NCBI GenBank assembly: GCA_027338645.1
Contig: DAHWSH010000011.1
Span: forward strand, 130,546 to 194,545
Length of the DNA stretch: 64,000 bases
Source: Pseudomonadota bacterium
GTDB lineage: Bacteria; Pseudomonadota; Gammaproteobacteria; JAKAQQ01
Direction of reading: 5' to 3'
Numbering within the stretch: the stretch's first letter is position 1; every line of letters begins with the position of its first letter. Of this stretch, positions 42,321 through 55,715 are shown piece after piece. The translations under genes were made by a program, and so were the position numbers. The notes below the pieces were generated by a model. That model worked only from the letters and a program-made list of their open reading frames with translations. It did no database searches and was not told the DNA's origin.

Positions 42321-43997
42321 TCAGCGGTGGGCTTTTGCCATCTCGCGCATCACAACCCGGTTGATGTGCCACTGCTGTCCTATCCCGAACAGCCCGCTCA
42401 CGACCCAGTAAAGATCGAGACCGCTGGGCATCACACTGGCCATGAGCGTCGTCATAAGCGGCAGAACCACCGTGAGCATACGCCTCTGGTTCTTGTCCAT
42501 CGTCGCTGCCTGTGGGCTGACACGCTGCTGCACCAGCATGATCAGACCATAGAGAACCGGCAAAATATACAGCGGGTCCGGAGCTGACAGATCGCGGATC
42601 CAGAGCATGAATGGCGCATGCCGAAGCTCGACACTCACGAGCAAGACCCAATAAAGCGCGATATAGATCGGAAACTGGATCAACATCGGCAAGCAGCCTG
42701 AGACAGGATTTATTTTTTCTTTCTTGTAGATCTCGAGAACCGCCCGGTAGCTCTGCTCGCGGTCGTCCTTGAAGCGCTCCTGTGTGGCTTTGATCCGCGG
42801 CTGTACGGCCTGCATTCGGGCCATGGCGCGACCACCCTTGTGCTGGAGTGGGAAGAACAGCAGCTTGATCAACAAAACGAGCAGAATGATCGCCACTCCC
42901 CAGTTGCCGACCCATTGCTGGATCCATGACAAGATGAGATAAAGGGGTTGCGATAAAACAGCAAAAAAGCCGTAGTTCACCGTCTGGGCGAGTCCCGGGG
43001 CAACCGTCCCTAGATGCCGCTGCCGCTTGGGCCCGACATAGAGACCGACCTGTTCTCGAATCTGCTGACCCGGCAGGATGCGGCTACCGGGGCCAAGAGC
43101 ACCCAACCAGTAGCGGGTCGTCGAAAGGGAACGGGCATAGTAGTGCCAAGGGGTTTTCGCCGGCGGGATCAGGGCAGCCAGAAAATAGCGGTTCGTATAG
43201 GCCAGCCAGCCACCCGCTCGAAGCATCGTGAATGATCCTTTCCGGATCCGTGAGGGGGAAAGCTCGTGGTAGGCTCTGCCGTTGTAGTACGTAGCCCCTC
43301 GGTAGATAAAGTTCTGCGGCAAAAGGTGTCCAAGCCAAGAAATATGGACGATGGGATGAGCATGGTCCAAGCCCATGAGGGGAGCCCCCGACCAGGGTAT
43401 CTTGGACAAGTTAGCTACTGTGCTTTCAACCCGGATGCGATAGCTCCGAGCATAAAAGATCCAGCGTTCCTCAATTCGGATTCCTTGCCGCTTCCAGACC
43501 AGAGGAACCGTGAGCGTTCGGGTCCCCGGTTTCAAATCGTAGTGTCGGTGGGCACTTTTGAACTCTCCGGTCAGCCCTGGGGCGGGCGCACCGTGGAGTC
43601 CAACCCAAGTGACTACGCCGGTAAGACGCCTTTCCCCACGGTCATCAAACCAGGCCTTCGGTGGACTGTGCGCAGCAAGGGTCTTGGGATAATGAACCAG
43701 TTCAAGATGACGAAGCCGCCCGCCCGCAAGATCAAGACGGATTCGGTAAAAATCGGTCTGGATGCGGATGATCCCACCCGGGTGTCTCCGGGCGGCTACC
43801 GGCACCACAGGGGAAGCCGCGGTTATGGCCTTCGTTCCTGGAACAATCGAAGGACTGTGGGAAGGCTGGCCCGTCGTCATCTGTGCGGTGGCAGGCAGCT
43901 TGGATGGAGGCTTAGAAAATTCAAGCTCCCAAGCGTTCCACATCAGGTAAACCACGGCCGCAAGGCTCAGCCAAAGCAGGAGACGACGGTTATCCAC
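42321..43997 (-). CDS. yidC: membrane protein insertase YidC
   Basis: (M)DNRRLLL start (GTG 43997), YVGPK, GNWGVAII, GCLPMLIQFPI, DPLYILP. Confidence 0.96.
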   Translation of the reverse strand: MDNRRLLLWLSLAAVVYLMWNAWELEFSKPPSKLPATAQMTTGQPSHSPSIVPGTKAITAASPVVPVAARRHPGGIIRIQTDFYRIRLDLAGGRLRHLELVHYPKTLAAHSPPKAWFDDRGERRLTGVVTWVGLHGAPAPGLTGEFKSAHRHYDLKPGTRTLTVPLVWKRQGIRIEERWIFYARSYRIRVESTVANLSKIPWSGAPLMGLDHAHPIVHISWLGHLLPQNFIYRGATYYNGRAYHELSPSRIRKGSFTMLRAGGWLAYTNRYFLAALIPPAKTPWHYYARSLSTTRYWLGALGPGSRILPGQQIREQVGLYVGPKRQRHLGTVAPGLAQTVNYGFFAVLSQPLYLILSWIQQWVGNWGVAIILLVLLIKLLFFPLQHKGGRAMARMQAVQPRIKATQERFKDDREQSYRAVLEIYKKEKINPVSGCLPMLIQFPIYIALYWVLLVSVELRHAPFMLWIRDLSAPDPLYILPVLYGLIMLVQQRVSPQAATMDKNQRRMLTVVLPLMTTLMASVMPSGLDLYWVVSGLFGIGQQWHINRVVMREMAKAHR

Positions 43998-44256
43998 GGT
44001 TGGGGATCCCCCCTGCCCGGCCAGACGGAACCGGGTCCTCGCCACCTTCCGACCAGGGATTGCACCGTGCGAGGCGCCATAGGATGAGGGGCAACCCCCG
44101 AAAGAAGCCGTGCTCCCGGAGTACTCCCTCGGCATAGGCAGAACAGGTGGGCTCGAAGCGACATTGTCCGCCCCAGATTGGGCTTCCCCAGCGCTGGTAA
44201 AAATGGATCAACGCAATCAGGACGGGAGAGAGCCCGCGGATTCTATTTTTCGCCAT
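43990..44256 (-). CDS. yidD: membrane protein insertion efficiency factor
   Basis: CRFEPTCSAYA, RCNPW...GGEDPVP. Confidence 0.95.
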   Translation of the reverse strand: MAKNRIRGLSPVLIALIHFYQRWGSPIWGGQCRFEPTCSAYAEGVLREHGFFRGLPLILWRLARCNPWSEGGEDPVPSGRAGGIPNRG

Positions 44257-44576
44257 AGTTTCTTGACATCCTCATAGAGTGCCTGCCGTTCTGCACTCCG
44301 ACCACCAGACTTGGCTACGAGCACGACATCGAGTTGTCGCCGGTCCATCTCCCTGAGGAGCCGAAAAGTCTGCCGGGCTTGGCGCTTGATGAGGTTTCTA
44401 CGAACCGCTCGCCCCGCAGATTTCCTGGAGATGGCAAGACCCAAACGAGAGCCTGAACCCGTTCCCGGTAAAACGAAAGCCACAAAATACTGGCTATGGA
44501 CCTTCGCTCCGTTCTCGAAAACCCGTTCAAACTCCTCGGGCCGGGTCAGTCGATTCCCGTGATTCTTCAATCCCAA
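44217..44576 (-). CDS. rnpA: ribonuclease P protein component
   Basis: RLGLAISRK, AVRRNLIKR. Confidence 0.93.
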   Translation of the reverse strand: MGLKNHGNRLTRPEEFERVFENGAKVHSQYFVAFVLPGTGSGSRLGLAISRKSAGRAVRRNLIKRQARQTFRLLREMDRRQLDVVLVAKSGGRSAERQALYEDVKKLWRKIESAGSLPS

Positions 44577-44594
44577 GGAACTGGACCAGCCCTG

Positions 44595-44729
44595 TCAGGG
44601 AATCAGGCGATGTCGTCCTTTCCTGCGACGTGACTGCAGCACGGCACGACCCTGGCGGGTTGCCATCCGGGCACGAAAACCATGAGTCCGCTTGCGGTGA
44701 AGATTGCTCGGTTGAAAAGTGCGTTTCAT
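44595..44729 (-). CDS. rpmH: 50S ribosomal protein L34
   Basis: Manual translation [44 protein letters not shown]; below the ORF-track cutoff. Confidence 0.97.
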   Translation of the reverse strand: MKRTFQPSNLHRKRTHGFRARMATRQGRAVLQSRRRKGRHRLIP

Positions 44730-44976
44730 GCTCCGGGCCCCATTAATCCCCATCGTTCGAACATCCAGAGACGCCCGAACACCAAATTGGAAAGGTAATC
44801 ATTGTACGGATCTGCGCGCAGGAACTCAAGCCCTTCAGGGCATGCTCCACTCAACCTAGCGGAACTCCAAGCATTCCTGGGAAAGGTTTTGGTCCAAGTT
44901 GGCAACCTTCTTTCCTGTTGCTAGACTGGTCACATAGATCGCCATCGATCCACAAAACCCCTGAGCCCGATGCCGC

Positions 44977-46302
44977 ATGACCTCCGGAGTATGGAACCAC
45001 TGTCTGGATGTGCTCAAGACTGAGCTTTGTCACGAGGATTTCTCCCGCTGGATTTACCCCCTGCAATGCCGCGAGTCTGAGGGCGATCTCCACCTCTTCG
45101 CACCGAACGTTATCGTGGCCGATTGGGTGCATGACAATTGTTTGGCTCGGATTCAGGCTTTGGTCCTTGAACAGGGTGGGCCCCATCCCCAAAAAGTTCA
45201 AATCCTGATCGGTAAATCTTCCCCCGAGCCGCAGGACCACAGCAATAGCAGACCCGCAGTCCGTCCTCGTGAAGAGATGACCGGAAGTCCTTGGAATCGT
45301 GACTACCTCTTCGAAAACTTTGTGGAAGGAAAATGCAACCAGATCGCCAGAGCGGCAGCCTTACAGGTCGCCGAACATCCTGGGACAGCCTACAACCCAC
45401 TTCTGATCTATGGAGGAGTGGGACTTGGGAAAACCCACCTCATGCAGGCTGTTGGACACCGCATGAACGCACAAGTCGGTAGATACCAGGTGGCCTACGT
45501 CCATTCGGAACGTTTCGTTGCTGACATGGTTGGAGCCCTTCGTCACAACATGATGAATGAGTTCAAGAAGCGGTATCGTTCCCTTGATGCCCTCTTCATT
45601 GACGATATCCAGTTTTTTGCCGGAAAAGATCGTTCCCAAGAAGAATTTTTTCATACCCTGAACAACTTGATTGATGGTCATCATCAGGTCATCATCAGCT
45701 GTGACCGCTATCCCAAAGAAGTCGAGGGTCTCGAGGAACGGCTGAAGTCCCGTTTCAGCTGGGGGCTAACCGTCGAGATCGAACCCCCAGAGCTGGAAAC
45801 GAGTGTGGCAATTTTATCCCGGAAGGCAGAGCGCTTAGGGGTTGATCTACCGCATGAAGTCGCTTTTTTTATAGCCCAGCTGATTCGCTCCAATGTCCGC
45901 GAACTCGAAGGAGCACTCCATCGAATTATGGCTTACGCGCAGTTCACAGGCCAAAGAGTCACGGTAGCCTTGAGCAAAGAAGCGCTTCGAGATCTGATCT
46001 CCCTTCAGCAGCGTCAGGTCAGCCTAGAAAACATCCAGCGAACTGTCGCGGCCTACTTCCGGATCCGTACCTCAGACCTAGAATCAAAAAGCCGTAAGCG
46101 TTCTCTTGTCCGGCCCCGGCAAATTGCCATGAGCTTGGCGAAGGACCTGACTGAGCATAGTCTGCCCGAAATCGGGCACGCTTTCGGCGGACGCGACCAC
46201 ACAACCGTCCTCCATGCCTGCTCAAAAATAGGCGAGCTCAAAAAGTCTGATCCCCGACTGAGTGATGATTACGAAAACCTCATCCGGACTCTGACAGGGT
46301 AA
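44977..46302 (+). CDS. dnaA: chromosomal replication initiator DnaA
   Basis: YNPLLIYGGVGLGKTHL, IDDIQF, SNVRELEGAL, GGRDHTTVLHA. Confidence 0.98.
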   Translation: MTSGVWNHCLDVLKTELCHEDFSRWIYPLQCRESEGDLHLFAPNVIVADWVHDNCLARIQALVLEQGGPHPQKVQILIGKSSPEPQDHSNSRPAVRPREEMTGSPWNRDYLFENFVEGKCNQIARAAALQVAEHPGTAYNPLLIYGGVGLGKTHLMQAVGHRMNAQVGRYQVAYVHSERFVADMVGALRHNMMNEFKKRYRSLDALFIDDIQFFAGKDRSQEEFFHTLNNLIDGHHQVIISCDRYPKEVEGLEERLKSRFSWGLTVEIEPPELETSVAILSRKAERLGVDLPHEVAFFIAQLIRSNVRELEGALHRIMAYAQFTGQRVTVALSKEALRDLISLQQRQVSLENIQRTVAAYFRIRTSDLESKSRKRSLVRPRQIAMSLAKDLTEHSLPEIGHAFGGRDHTTVLHACSKIGELKKSDPRLSDDYENLIRTLTG

Positions 46303-46496
46303 AAACAGTGCATAACTCCTCTAAGGCATCAGCCTGTGTTTCCCCAGCTGTGCTCCTCCACAGCTTATACACAACGGATACCCCTCTTGGGGAAGCCGGA
46401 ATTCTTCATCATATCAGTCGCAAAACCATTGGACAGAGTGTTTATTCACCTTTACTACTAGTACCACCAACTTAGAATCTTTAAAGAGTGATATTT
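46303..46496. other. candidate replication origin oriC (dnaA-dnaN intergenic)
   Basis: DnaA boxes TTATACACA (46365-46373), TTATGCACT (minus, 46307-46315), TCCTCCACA (46354-46362) and TTATTCACC (46442-46450), the last followed by trio-like TAC TAC TAG TAC CAC and an AT-rich stretch. Confidence 0.75.
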
Positions 46497-47609
46497 ATGA
46501 GCATCACCATAAACCGCGAAAAAATCCTGGGTCCAGTTACTTCCGTGCTGGGCGTGGTCGAGCGTAAACAGACCATGCCGATCCTTTCCAATATATTGAT
46601 AAATATAAACAAAAACAAACTTTCTGTAACCTCTTCCGACCTTGAGGTCGAGCTTATTGCCACAGAAAAGCTGGAAAGCCAAGGCGAACTTCTCATTACA
46701 GTTCCAGGACGGAAGTTTGCTGACATCATTCGTTCTCTTCCGATGAACCAAGAGATCTATTTGGAGATTGATGCGGATCGATTGAAACTGAAGGCTGGGC
46801 GTGCACGCTTTACTGTTCTCACGCAGCCGGCCGAAGATTTTCCATTGATTGAGAAACCCCAGTCGCCGGTTTTCATTGAGGTTCCCCAAGATCGTTTGCG
46901 TGAGTTGATTCGCAAGACCCATTTCGCGATGGCCCAAAACGATGTCCGTTACTATCTCAATGGGCTACGTTTCGAGTATTCCAATCAGGTTCTCCGAGCC
47001 GTTGCGACAGATGGGCACCGTCTTTCTGTCGGGACGATCACACTGTCTTCTCAACCCATAAGCGGTGATTCAGGAGAAAAAGCGGCAATCGTACCCAGAA
47101 AAGGAATTCTCGAGCTTGAACGTCTCATGGGAGATGGTGAACAGCCGATTCGCATGGCATTTGCAAGCAATCACCTCTGTGTGGAATGCGGGAATCTTTC
47201 CCTCACCACGAAACTGATAGAGGGCCGCTATCCGGATTACTCAAGCGTGATTCCAAAGGAGAGCCGGCATCATGTTGTCGTAGATCGAAACCACATGAAG
47301 GAAGCCCTGTCACGTGCTGCGATCTTGGCGAATGAAAAGATCCGTGGGGTTCGTCTGGGCTTTGAAACAAAATCTCTGCGGATGGTTGGACATAACGCCG
47401 AACAGGAGGAAGCTGAGGATGTGGTCGAGACAAACTATGAGGGAGATGCATTCGAAGTAGGATTCAATGTCACCTATCTTCTCGATGTCCTGAATGCGGT
47501 GACGGAATCTGAGATTGAAATCCTCATCAATGATCCGAACAGCAGTTGCCGGATTGATCCGAAAGGAAACACGAGCTTCCAGTATGTGATCATGCCGATG
47601 CGCCTGTAA
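46497..47609 (+). CDS. dnaN: DNA polymerase III beta clamp
   Basis: TMPILSN, DVRYYLNG, ATDGHRL, GRYPDY, VIMPMRL. Confidence 0.98.
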   Translation: MSITINREKILGPVTSVLGVVERKQTMPILSNILININKNKLSVTSSDLEVELIATEKLESQGELLITVPGRKFADIIRSLPMNQEIYLEIDADRLKLKAGRARFTVLTQPAEDFPLIEKPQSPVFIEVPQDRLRELIRKTHFAMAQNDVRYYLNGLRFEYSNQVLRAVATDGHRLSVGTITLSSQPISGDSGEKAAIVPRKGILELERLMGDGEQPIRMAFASNHLCVECGNLSLTTKLIEGRYPDYSSVIPKESRHHVVVDRNHMKEALSRAAILANEKIRGVRLGFETKSLRMVGHNAEQEEAEDVVETNYEGDAFEVGFNVTYLLDVLNAVTESEIEILINDPNSSCRIDPKGNTSFQYVIMPMRL

Positions 47610-48677
47610 ATGCCGATTGGCAGACTTAGATTACAGAGTTTTAGATGTTTTGGTCTAGAGGATATCGTCCTGGAGGGATCGGCTATCCTCAAGGGACCCA
47701 ACGGATCGGGTAAGACATCCCTGCTTGAGGCCATATACCTGCTGGCCCGCGGTCGCTCTTTCAGAACTTCCAGACTTTCCAATCTGGTCCGGGCCGGTGA
47801 CCAATCCTTCCGGGTTGAGTCAAGTGTCCTCTTCCAAGAAGAATCTTGGACTGTCAAAACCACTTTTGAATGTGGGCTTAAAACGTATATCAACGATAGA
47901 GATTCAACGGCTCGAGAGGTCGGCCGTCTTTTTCCACTGACCTTGATGGATTCCGATATCACCCAAATCGTTCTAGGAGCGCCTGAACGCCGGCGGCGCC
48001 TTTTGGACTGGCTTATGTTCCACGTGGAACCGGAAAACTGGAGAACTTGGAAGTTCTACCGACGGGCTCTCCTGCAGTGGCAATGGGCACTTCGTTCCGG
48101 CATGAGCGCTGATGTCTGGTTTGGCCGGATGATGGAGCTTGCCCCAGGAATTGAAGAATCCAGAAAGCGGCTTCTCGCTGGCTGTCTCCCCTTTTGGGAA
48201 CAGGCGGCTTCTATTCTGTTTCATGGGCAGACATTCAAGTTTGACTATAAAAATGGGAGGGATCTACCCGGTCGGGATGGTATGGATACGCAATCCAAAG
48301 ACCTTTCAATGGATGGACCGACGTCCATTTTTACGGGTCCCGGCTTACAAAAGGCAGATGTTGAAATCCGGGTTGAGCAGAATCCTGTTCGTCAGTTTTT
48401 TTCACGTGGTCAGGCCAAGCTCTTGGCAATGGCACTGGTCTGGGGTGGTTCCCGATTTTTGGCACAGAAACTTGACACCTGTCCGATCCTTCTTCTGGAT
48501 GACTTTTCGTCCGAGCTGGACGAGGCCGCCCAGGCTCAACTTTTAGGCTTGATGGAAGAGGGAGGGATACAGGTCATCATGACCGCATCAAGCCTCTCCC
48601 ATGTGGCTTTGGAACGGTGGTCAAATGGGCTGTTCCACGTGGAACAAGGGCATGTTCAGGCAGTGCGTCCATGCTAG
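47610..48677 (+). CDS. recF: DNA replication/repair protein RecF
   Basis: GPNGSGKTSLLEAIY, GRSFRT, SRGQ, LLLDDFSSELD. Confidence 0.95.
   Translation: MPIGRLRLQSFRCFGLEDIVLEGSAILKGPNGSGKTSLLEAIYLLARGRSFRTSRLSNLVRAGDQSFRVESSVLFQEESWTVKTTFECGLKTYINDRDSTAREVGRLFPLTLMDSDITQIVLGAPERRRRLLDWLMFHVEPENWRTWKFYRRALLQWQWALRSGMSADVWFGRMMELAPGIEESRKRLLAGCLPFWEQAASILFHGQTFKFDYKNGRDLPGRDGMDTQSKDLSMDGPTSIFTGPGLQKADVEIRVEQNPVRQFFSRGQAKLLAMALVWGGSRFLAQKLDTCPILLLDDFSSELDEAAQAQLLGLMEEGGIQVIMTASSLSHVALERWSNGLFHVEQGHVQAVRPC
48016..48031. other. parS centromere site
   Basis: TGTTCCACGTGGAACC, one mismatch from the parS palindrome, inside recF. Confidence 0.85.
48631..48646. other. parS centromere site
   Basis: Perfect palindrome TGTTCCACGTGGAACA inside recF. 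Confidence 0.9.
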
Positions 48678-48690
48678 AATTCAAGGATAA

Positions 48691-51108
<2,418 letters not shown>

Positions 51109-51174
51109 CGGAACGAGGAGCCCTGCTCCGGTTACTCCACCGGTGTTGAGGAGAATCCCGAGAAGGACAGACTG

Positions 51175-51900
51175 TCAGCAGGAGTGGATCTGAACCAGTT
51201 CACGCTCCATCCATTCGCTTACCTGCCGGTTGAGTTCGTCTGGAGAAAGGCCGAGCCCGTCGATTGGCGGTCCGATACGCACTTGAATGGTGCCCGGATG
51301 TTTGAGTAGACTCCTTCGTGACCAGAAGTCTCCGGCGTTGTGTGCAATCGGAATGATGGAGTGCCCGCTCTCGCTTGCCAGAAGCGCACCGCTCACTCCA
51401 TAACGCCGGCGTTCGCTCGGTGCGAGTCGGGTCCCTTCAGGGAAAAAGTTGAGTGTTCGACCCTGAGCCAACTGGTCTCGACCCTCCCTCAGGACCTGAT
51501 TCACGGCACGGTGTCCGGCGCTGCGATTGATGGCAATGGGTTTCAGGGTGGCAATCGCCCAGCCGACAATCGGGATCCAGAGTAGTTCCCGCTTGAGTAC
51601 CCAGGTGGGTTTCGTGGGCAGGAGGAAAGAAAGAAAAGTCTCCCACGTGGATTCGTGACGCCAGAATAGGATCCCGCCGGTCTTCGGAAGATGGGACAGT
51701 CCCGTGACCTGGTAGTCCAGCCCACAAAGCCAGGAAAGGGCCTTGAGTTCGAAGGAAGCGCAGGCACGCCCGACGGCAAAACGGAAACGCTCGAGGGGAG
51801 GCAGACCTAGTGTCAGCGCCATGGGAACCGCAAATAAGGTGATGCTGAGCCCCATAAGCAGGGTAAAGAGGACGGAGCGGGTAATCAGGGAGATGCGCAT
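51175..51900 (-). CDS. lysophospholipid acyltransferase (PlsC family)
   Basis: HESTWET, LKRELLWIP, FPEGTR; conserved glyS-gmhB-plsC order. Confidence 0.9.
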   Translation of the reverse strand: MRISLITRSVLFTLLMGLSITLFAVPMALTLGLPPLERFRFAVGRACASFELKALSWLCGLDYQVTGLSHLPKTGGILFWRHESTWETFLSFLLPTKPTWVLKRELLWIPIVGWAIATLKPIAINRSAGHRAVNQVLREGRDQLAQGRTLNFFPEGTRLAPSERRRYGVSGALLASESGHSIIPIAHNAGDFWSRRSLLKHPGTIQVRIGPPIDGLGLSPDELNRQVSEWMERELVQIHSC

Positions 51901-51934
51901 TGGAAACCCGTACGGTTGATGGAGCTGGATTCAT

Positions 51935-52519
51935 TCATCCGGTGTTCTCCACAAGGGAATGGACTAGGGCAGCAAGGTCCGCATGGATTTCTACCGGCTG
52001 GGTTAGCGGGTGGCCTTCGAGGCCCCTCTTCGTATGTTGCCCCTGTCCGGTGAGTACAAGAACCGGGTGGGCACCGACTGCGATGGCGGCCTCGAGATCG
52101 CGTCTGGCATCCCCTACCGCCGCGAGCCCTGCCAGGGGAACCTGGAACTGTTTCGAGAATTCATGGAACAGTGCGGTGTTCGGCTTGCGGCAGGCACAAC
52201 CCTCCCAAGGAGCATGGGGACAGTGGTAGATGGCTGCAAGATGGCCACCCGCTTGCTCAATCCATTCCCTCATCCGTGCGTGAATCGCCTCGAGAGTCTG
52301 GTTGGTCATGAGCCCCCGGCCGATGGCAGATTGGTTAGTGATAACGACGATTCCATATCCGCAGCGGTTAAGCTTGGAAATCGACTCGAGGCTGCCGGGG
52401 ATGGGATGCCAGGCATCCGGGCTCAGAATATGATCCGGAGAATCAAAGTTGATGACCCCATCCCGGTCAAGAATGATCCATCGGGTGGGTTTTTCAGCTA
52501 CGACATGAGGTTGAGTCAC
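51935..52519 (-). CDS. gmhB: D-glycero-manno-heptose 1,7-bisphosphate phosphatase
   Basis: LDRDGVIN, TNQS, CPH...CACRKP, VGDARRD. Confidence 0.93.
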   Translation of the reverse strand: MTQPHVVAEKPTRWIILDRDGVINFDSPDHILSPDAWHPIPGSLESISKLNRCGYGIVVITNQSAIGRGLMTNQTLEAIHARMREWIEQAGGHLAAIYHCPHAPWEGCACRKPNTALFHEFSKQFQVPLAGLAAVGDARRDLEAAIAVGAHPVLVLTGQGQHTKRGLEGHPLTQPVEIHADLAALVHSLVENTG

Positions 52520-54669
52520 GGAGACGGTGGTGATTGGAGGCGACTGAAATCGGCTACAGTGGTCAGAAGACGGTTCACACGCTCGAGGAGCGCGAGACGC
52601 CGCGCCTTGAGCTGCGGGTTGGGCGAGAGAACAAGCACTTCGTCAAAAAATTGGGCTAGAGGATGCTGTAAGGCACTGAGGCGAACCAGAATCTCGTGGT
52701 AACGGTGGGCTGATGCTGCCTCGTCAACGGAGGGCTCAAGAGCACTGATCTGGGTGGCAAGACGGCTCTCGGCTTTCTCCCCCGATGGGCTAGACTCGCG
52801 ATCCGCCACAGCGGCTTCCGGATCGTTACGGCGCTTGAGCAGGTGACTGACTCGCTTGGCGATCTGTATGAGGGTGACGAGGGCAGACTGGTCCTTGAGC
52901 TGATTCAGAGCATCGAGTCGAAGTCTGGCCGCCCCGATGTTCGTAGGTTGAGTCGCGAGGACTGCTTCGAAGTGATCGGGACGGCCGCCGCTGTCGAGAT
53001 ACAGTCCACGAAAGCGCTCCAAGGTAAAAGCATAAAGTTCCTTGGCTTGAATCTCTCGATCTCCTAGCCCGTCCGGATATGCCACGAGGGCCGAACAGAA
53101 AAGAGAGGTCAGGGAGACATCCAGCAGGCATCGAAGGGCATCGGGCGGGCATCCACCCGGATCCTCAGCAGGATCCAAGAGACGGACAAGCCCAAGGGCC
53201 GCCCGGCGGAGGGCGTACGGATCACGTTGCCCAGACGGTTTTTCTCCGCTCAGAAAATAACCAGCCAGAAGGTCGATGCGGAGCGCCATGGATAGAGCCC
53301 GGCCAAGAGCGGTTTGGGGCAGGGGGCTGTTGACCGTCCCCGGGAGATAAGCCTCGGCCAAGGCCTTGCAGAGGATGGATCGACCACCGTGAGCTTCTGC
53401 ATAAGCTGCTCCGGCAATTCCAGCCAGTCCAGGAAATTCTCCGACGAGGTGGGAGGTGAGGTCAGCCAAAACCAGAGATCCGGCTTCTTCCGCCAGTGCG
53501 GCATCGATCCCAAAAGTATCCGCCCAGTGCGATAACCATTTCATGAGCCGCACGCGTCTTTGCCCCAGGTGACCCAACTTTTTCGCGAAGATGATTTCGT
53601 CGAGGGCAGGTAGACGATCAACAGGTGATCGCTTGAGATCTTCCTGGTAGAAAAAATGGGCGTCTGCGAGGCGAGGGTAAACCACCCGTTCCTCTCCACG
53701 GCGAACGCGTTGGGGATCGTGGCTTTCCAGGTTGACAACCGCCACAAAGCCGGGCTTCCAGTGCCCCGCGGTGTCGCAGAGAGGGAAGACCCGTTGCTGC
53801 CCGAGCAGCACCTCGGCCAGAACCGCTTCAGGGAGGGATAGGAACCGTTCTGGGAATGAGCCCGTCATCGCGCGTGGCCATTCCATCATATTGGCCACTT
53901 CTGCCAGAGTGGCTTCGTCCTGTACCGGGCGCCAGTCCGGATGCCATTCCTGTGCGGCCGTTTCGACGAGTGCCCAGATCCGGTTGCGAAGCCCGGGATC
54001 CTTCGATCCCTGGAGAAGCACGTGGCCGGATGCGAGTACGTTCTCGTAGTCCGCGCTCCGCATGACGGGTAACGGATCCGGATGATGTACCGGGTGTCCA
54101 TGGGTCAGGGGTTCAGCATCAAGCCCATAAACTCGTCCGGGAACAGGATGGTCGCCATGCAAAAGCAGAATAGAACGGATGGGCCGGACAAAAGGCGGAA
54201 CCCGGGAGCTCCAGCGCATCTCTCGATCCCGTGGTAGGTCTGTGAGCACCTTTTCGACCAAGGAATCCAGAACCTCGCTAAGGTGGATATCCGGTCGGCT
54301 GGTCCTGGAAATCAAGTGGCCATCTTCGCGACCGAGTTCCTCCCATCCGACCCCCTGTCTTCTGGCAAACCCCAGAGCTGCGGCAGAGGGACGGCCTTGG
54401 GCGTCAAAAGCACGCTCAAGGCTGGGGCCCCGACAAATCTCGGTTTGTCCTGGATTCACCGCGCGAACCCGGGAGATACGTACGGCCAAACGGCGTGGTG
54501 TATGCCAGGCCTCAACACCGGAGTCTGATCCGGCCCAACCCTGACCCTGCAGGGCAAGGAACAGCCGAGAGGAAAACTCCCGAGATAGGCCCGCGACGAG
54601 ACGCGCTGGCAACTCCAAGGTACCCACCTCGACCAGGAGATCTTGAGGGAGGGAGGAATGCTGATTCAT
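52516..54669 (-). CDS. glyS: glycine--tRNA ligase beta subunit
   Basis: [37 protein letters not shown]. Confidence 0.95.
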   Translation of the reverse strand: MNQHSSLPQDLLVEVGTLELPARLVAGLSREFSSRLFLALQGQGWAGSDSGVEAWHTPRRLAVRISRVRAVNPGQTEICRGPSLERAFDAQGRPSAAALGFARRQGVGWEELGREDGHLISRTSRPDIHLSEVLDSLVEKVLTDLPRDREMRWSSRVPPFVRPIRSILLLHGDHPVPGRVYGLDAEPLTHGHPVHHPDPLPVMRSADYENVLASGHVLLQGSKDPGLRNRIWALVETAAQEWHPDWRPVQDEATLAEVANMMEWPRAMTGSFPERFLSLPEAVLAEVLLGQQRVFPLCDTAGHWKPGFVAVVNLESHDPQRVRRGEERVVYPRLADAHFFYQEDLKRSPVDRLPALDEIIFAKKLGHLGQRRVRLMKWLSHWADTFGIDAALAEEAGSLVLADLTSHLVGEFPGLAGIAGAAYAEAHGGRSILCKALAEAYLPGTVNSPLPQTALGRALSMALRIDLLAGYFLSGEKPSGQRDPYALRRAALGLVRLLDPAEDPGGCPPDALRCLLDVSLTSLFCSALVAYPDGLGDREIQAKELYAFTLERFRGLYLDSGGRPDHFEAVLATQPTNIGAARLRLDALNQLKDQSALVTLIQIAKRVSHLLKRRNDPEAAVADRESSPSGEKAESRLATQISALEPSVDEAASAHRYHEILVRLSALQHPLAQFFDEVLVLSPNPQLKARRLALLERVNRLLTTVADFSRLQSPPSP

Positions 54670-55526
54670 CCAGTCCGGGCTCGGTAATCTTGGGCAACGG
54701 CCTGTGCCAGTTTGCGGACTCTCAGCACATACCGCTGCCGTTCTCCGACGGAGATGGCACGCCGTGCGTCGAGCAAGTTGAAGAGATGAGAAGCCTCAAT
54801 GACACGCTCGTAAGCCGGCCGGGGCAATCCCATCGAGAGGAGGTGTTTTACTTCCAACTCGATCTTCTGAAAACGATGGGCGAGCTCCGATGGATCGGCC
54901 TGCTCGAAGTTGTAATGGGACATCTCGACTTCATTGTCACGGAAAAGGTCACCGTAACGAAAGATCCGATCCCCCACCCCGTTTCCCCAAGGGAGACTGT
55001 ACATTTCGTCGGACTGGGATAGCGACATCAGGAGACGTTCTAGACCGTAGGTGACCTCCCCCATCACGGGCTCACAAGCGAAGCCACCCACTTGCTGGAA
55101 ATAGGTGAACTGGGCGACTTCCATGCCATTCAGCCAGACTTCCCAACCGAGTCCCCAAGCGCCTAGTGTGGGGGACTCCCAGTTATCCTCGACAAAGCGG
55201 ATCTCGTCCACACGGCGATCGACACCAATCGCTTCAAGAGAGGCCAGGAATTGGTCTTGGAAATGGTCGGGCACGGGCTTCTGGACCACTTGGTATTGGA
55301 AGTAGTGCTGTCCTCGGTTGGGATTATCCCCATAGCGACCATCTTGCGGACGGCGGCAGGGCTGGAGGAAGGCTGCTGCCCAAGGTTCTGAGTCGAGCGC
55401 TCTCAGGAAAGTGGCCGGATGAAAGGTGGCTGCTCCCATCGGGAGGTCCAGCGGAGGGAGCCAGAGGCAGCCCTCGGCGGTCCAGAACCGGTTGAGGGTA
55501 AAAACCACGTTTTGGAAATCCGTCAT
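54666..55526 (-). CDS. glyQ: glycine--tRNA ligase alpha subunit
   Basis: [36 protein letters not shown]; ATG at 55526. Confidence 0.97.
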   Translation of the reverse strand: MTDFQNVVFTLNRFWTAEGCLWLPPLDLPMGAATFHPATFLRALDSEPWAAAFLQPCRRPQDGRYGDNPNRGQHYFQYQVVQKPVPDHFQDQFLASLEAIGVDRRVDEIRFVEDNWESPTLGAWGLGWEVWLNGMEVAQFTYFQQVGGFACEPVMGEVTYGLERLLMSLSQSDEMYSLPWGNGVGDRIFRYGDLFRDNEVEMSHYNFEQADPSELAHRFQKIELEVKHLLSMGLPRPAYERVIEASHLFNLLDARRAISVGERQRYVLRVRKLAQAVAQDYRARTG

Positions 55527-55582
55527 GCAGCAGTCCGAAGCCAAGCGGTGCAAAGTATACCCTGATCCAGTCTGGTCTCTCC

Positions 55583-55599
55583 TGCACCGATCCGGTGCG
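55583..55599. promoter_or_regulatory. NtrC enhancer binding site upstream of glnA
   Basis: TGCACCGATCCGGTGCG vs consensus TGCAC-N7-GTGCA. Confidence 0.7.
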
Positions 55600-55662
55600 A
55601 ATTCGTCAGGTTCGGACGACTGACCCTGATGTGCGGTGCCCGTCCGTTCGTAACGATCGCTC

Positions 55663-55678
55663 TGGCACGGAATTTGCA
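55663..55678 (+). promoter_or_regulatory. sigma54 (-24/-12) promoter of glnA
   Basis: TGGCACGGAATTTGCA, canonical GG-N10-GC. Confidence 0.9.
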
Positions 55679-55715
55679 CTGACGAGGGTAATCCCTACTG
55701 CCCGAGGAGTCTGAT

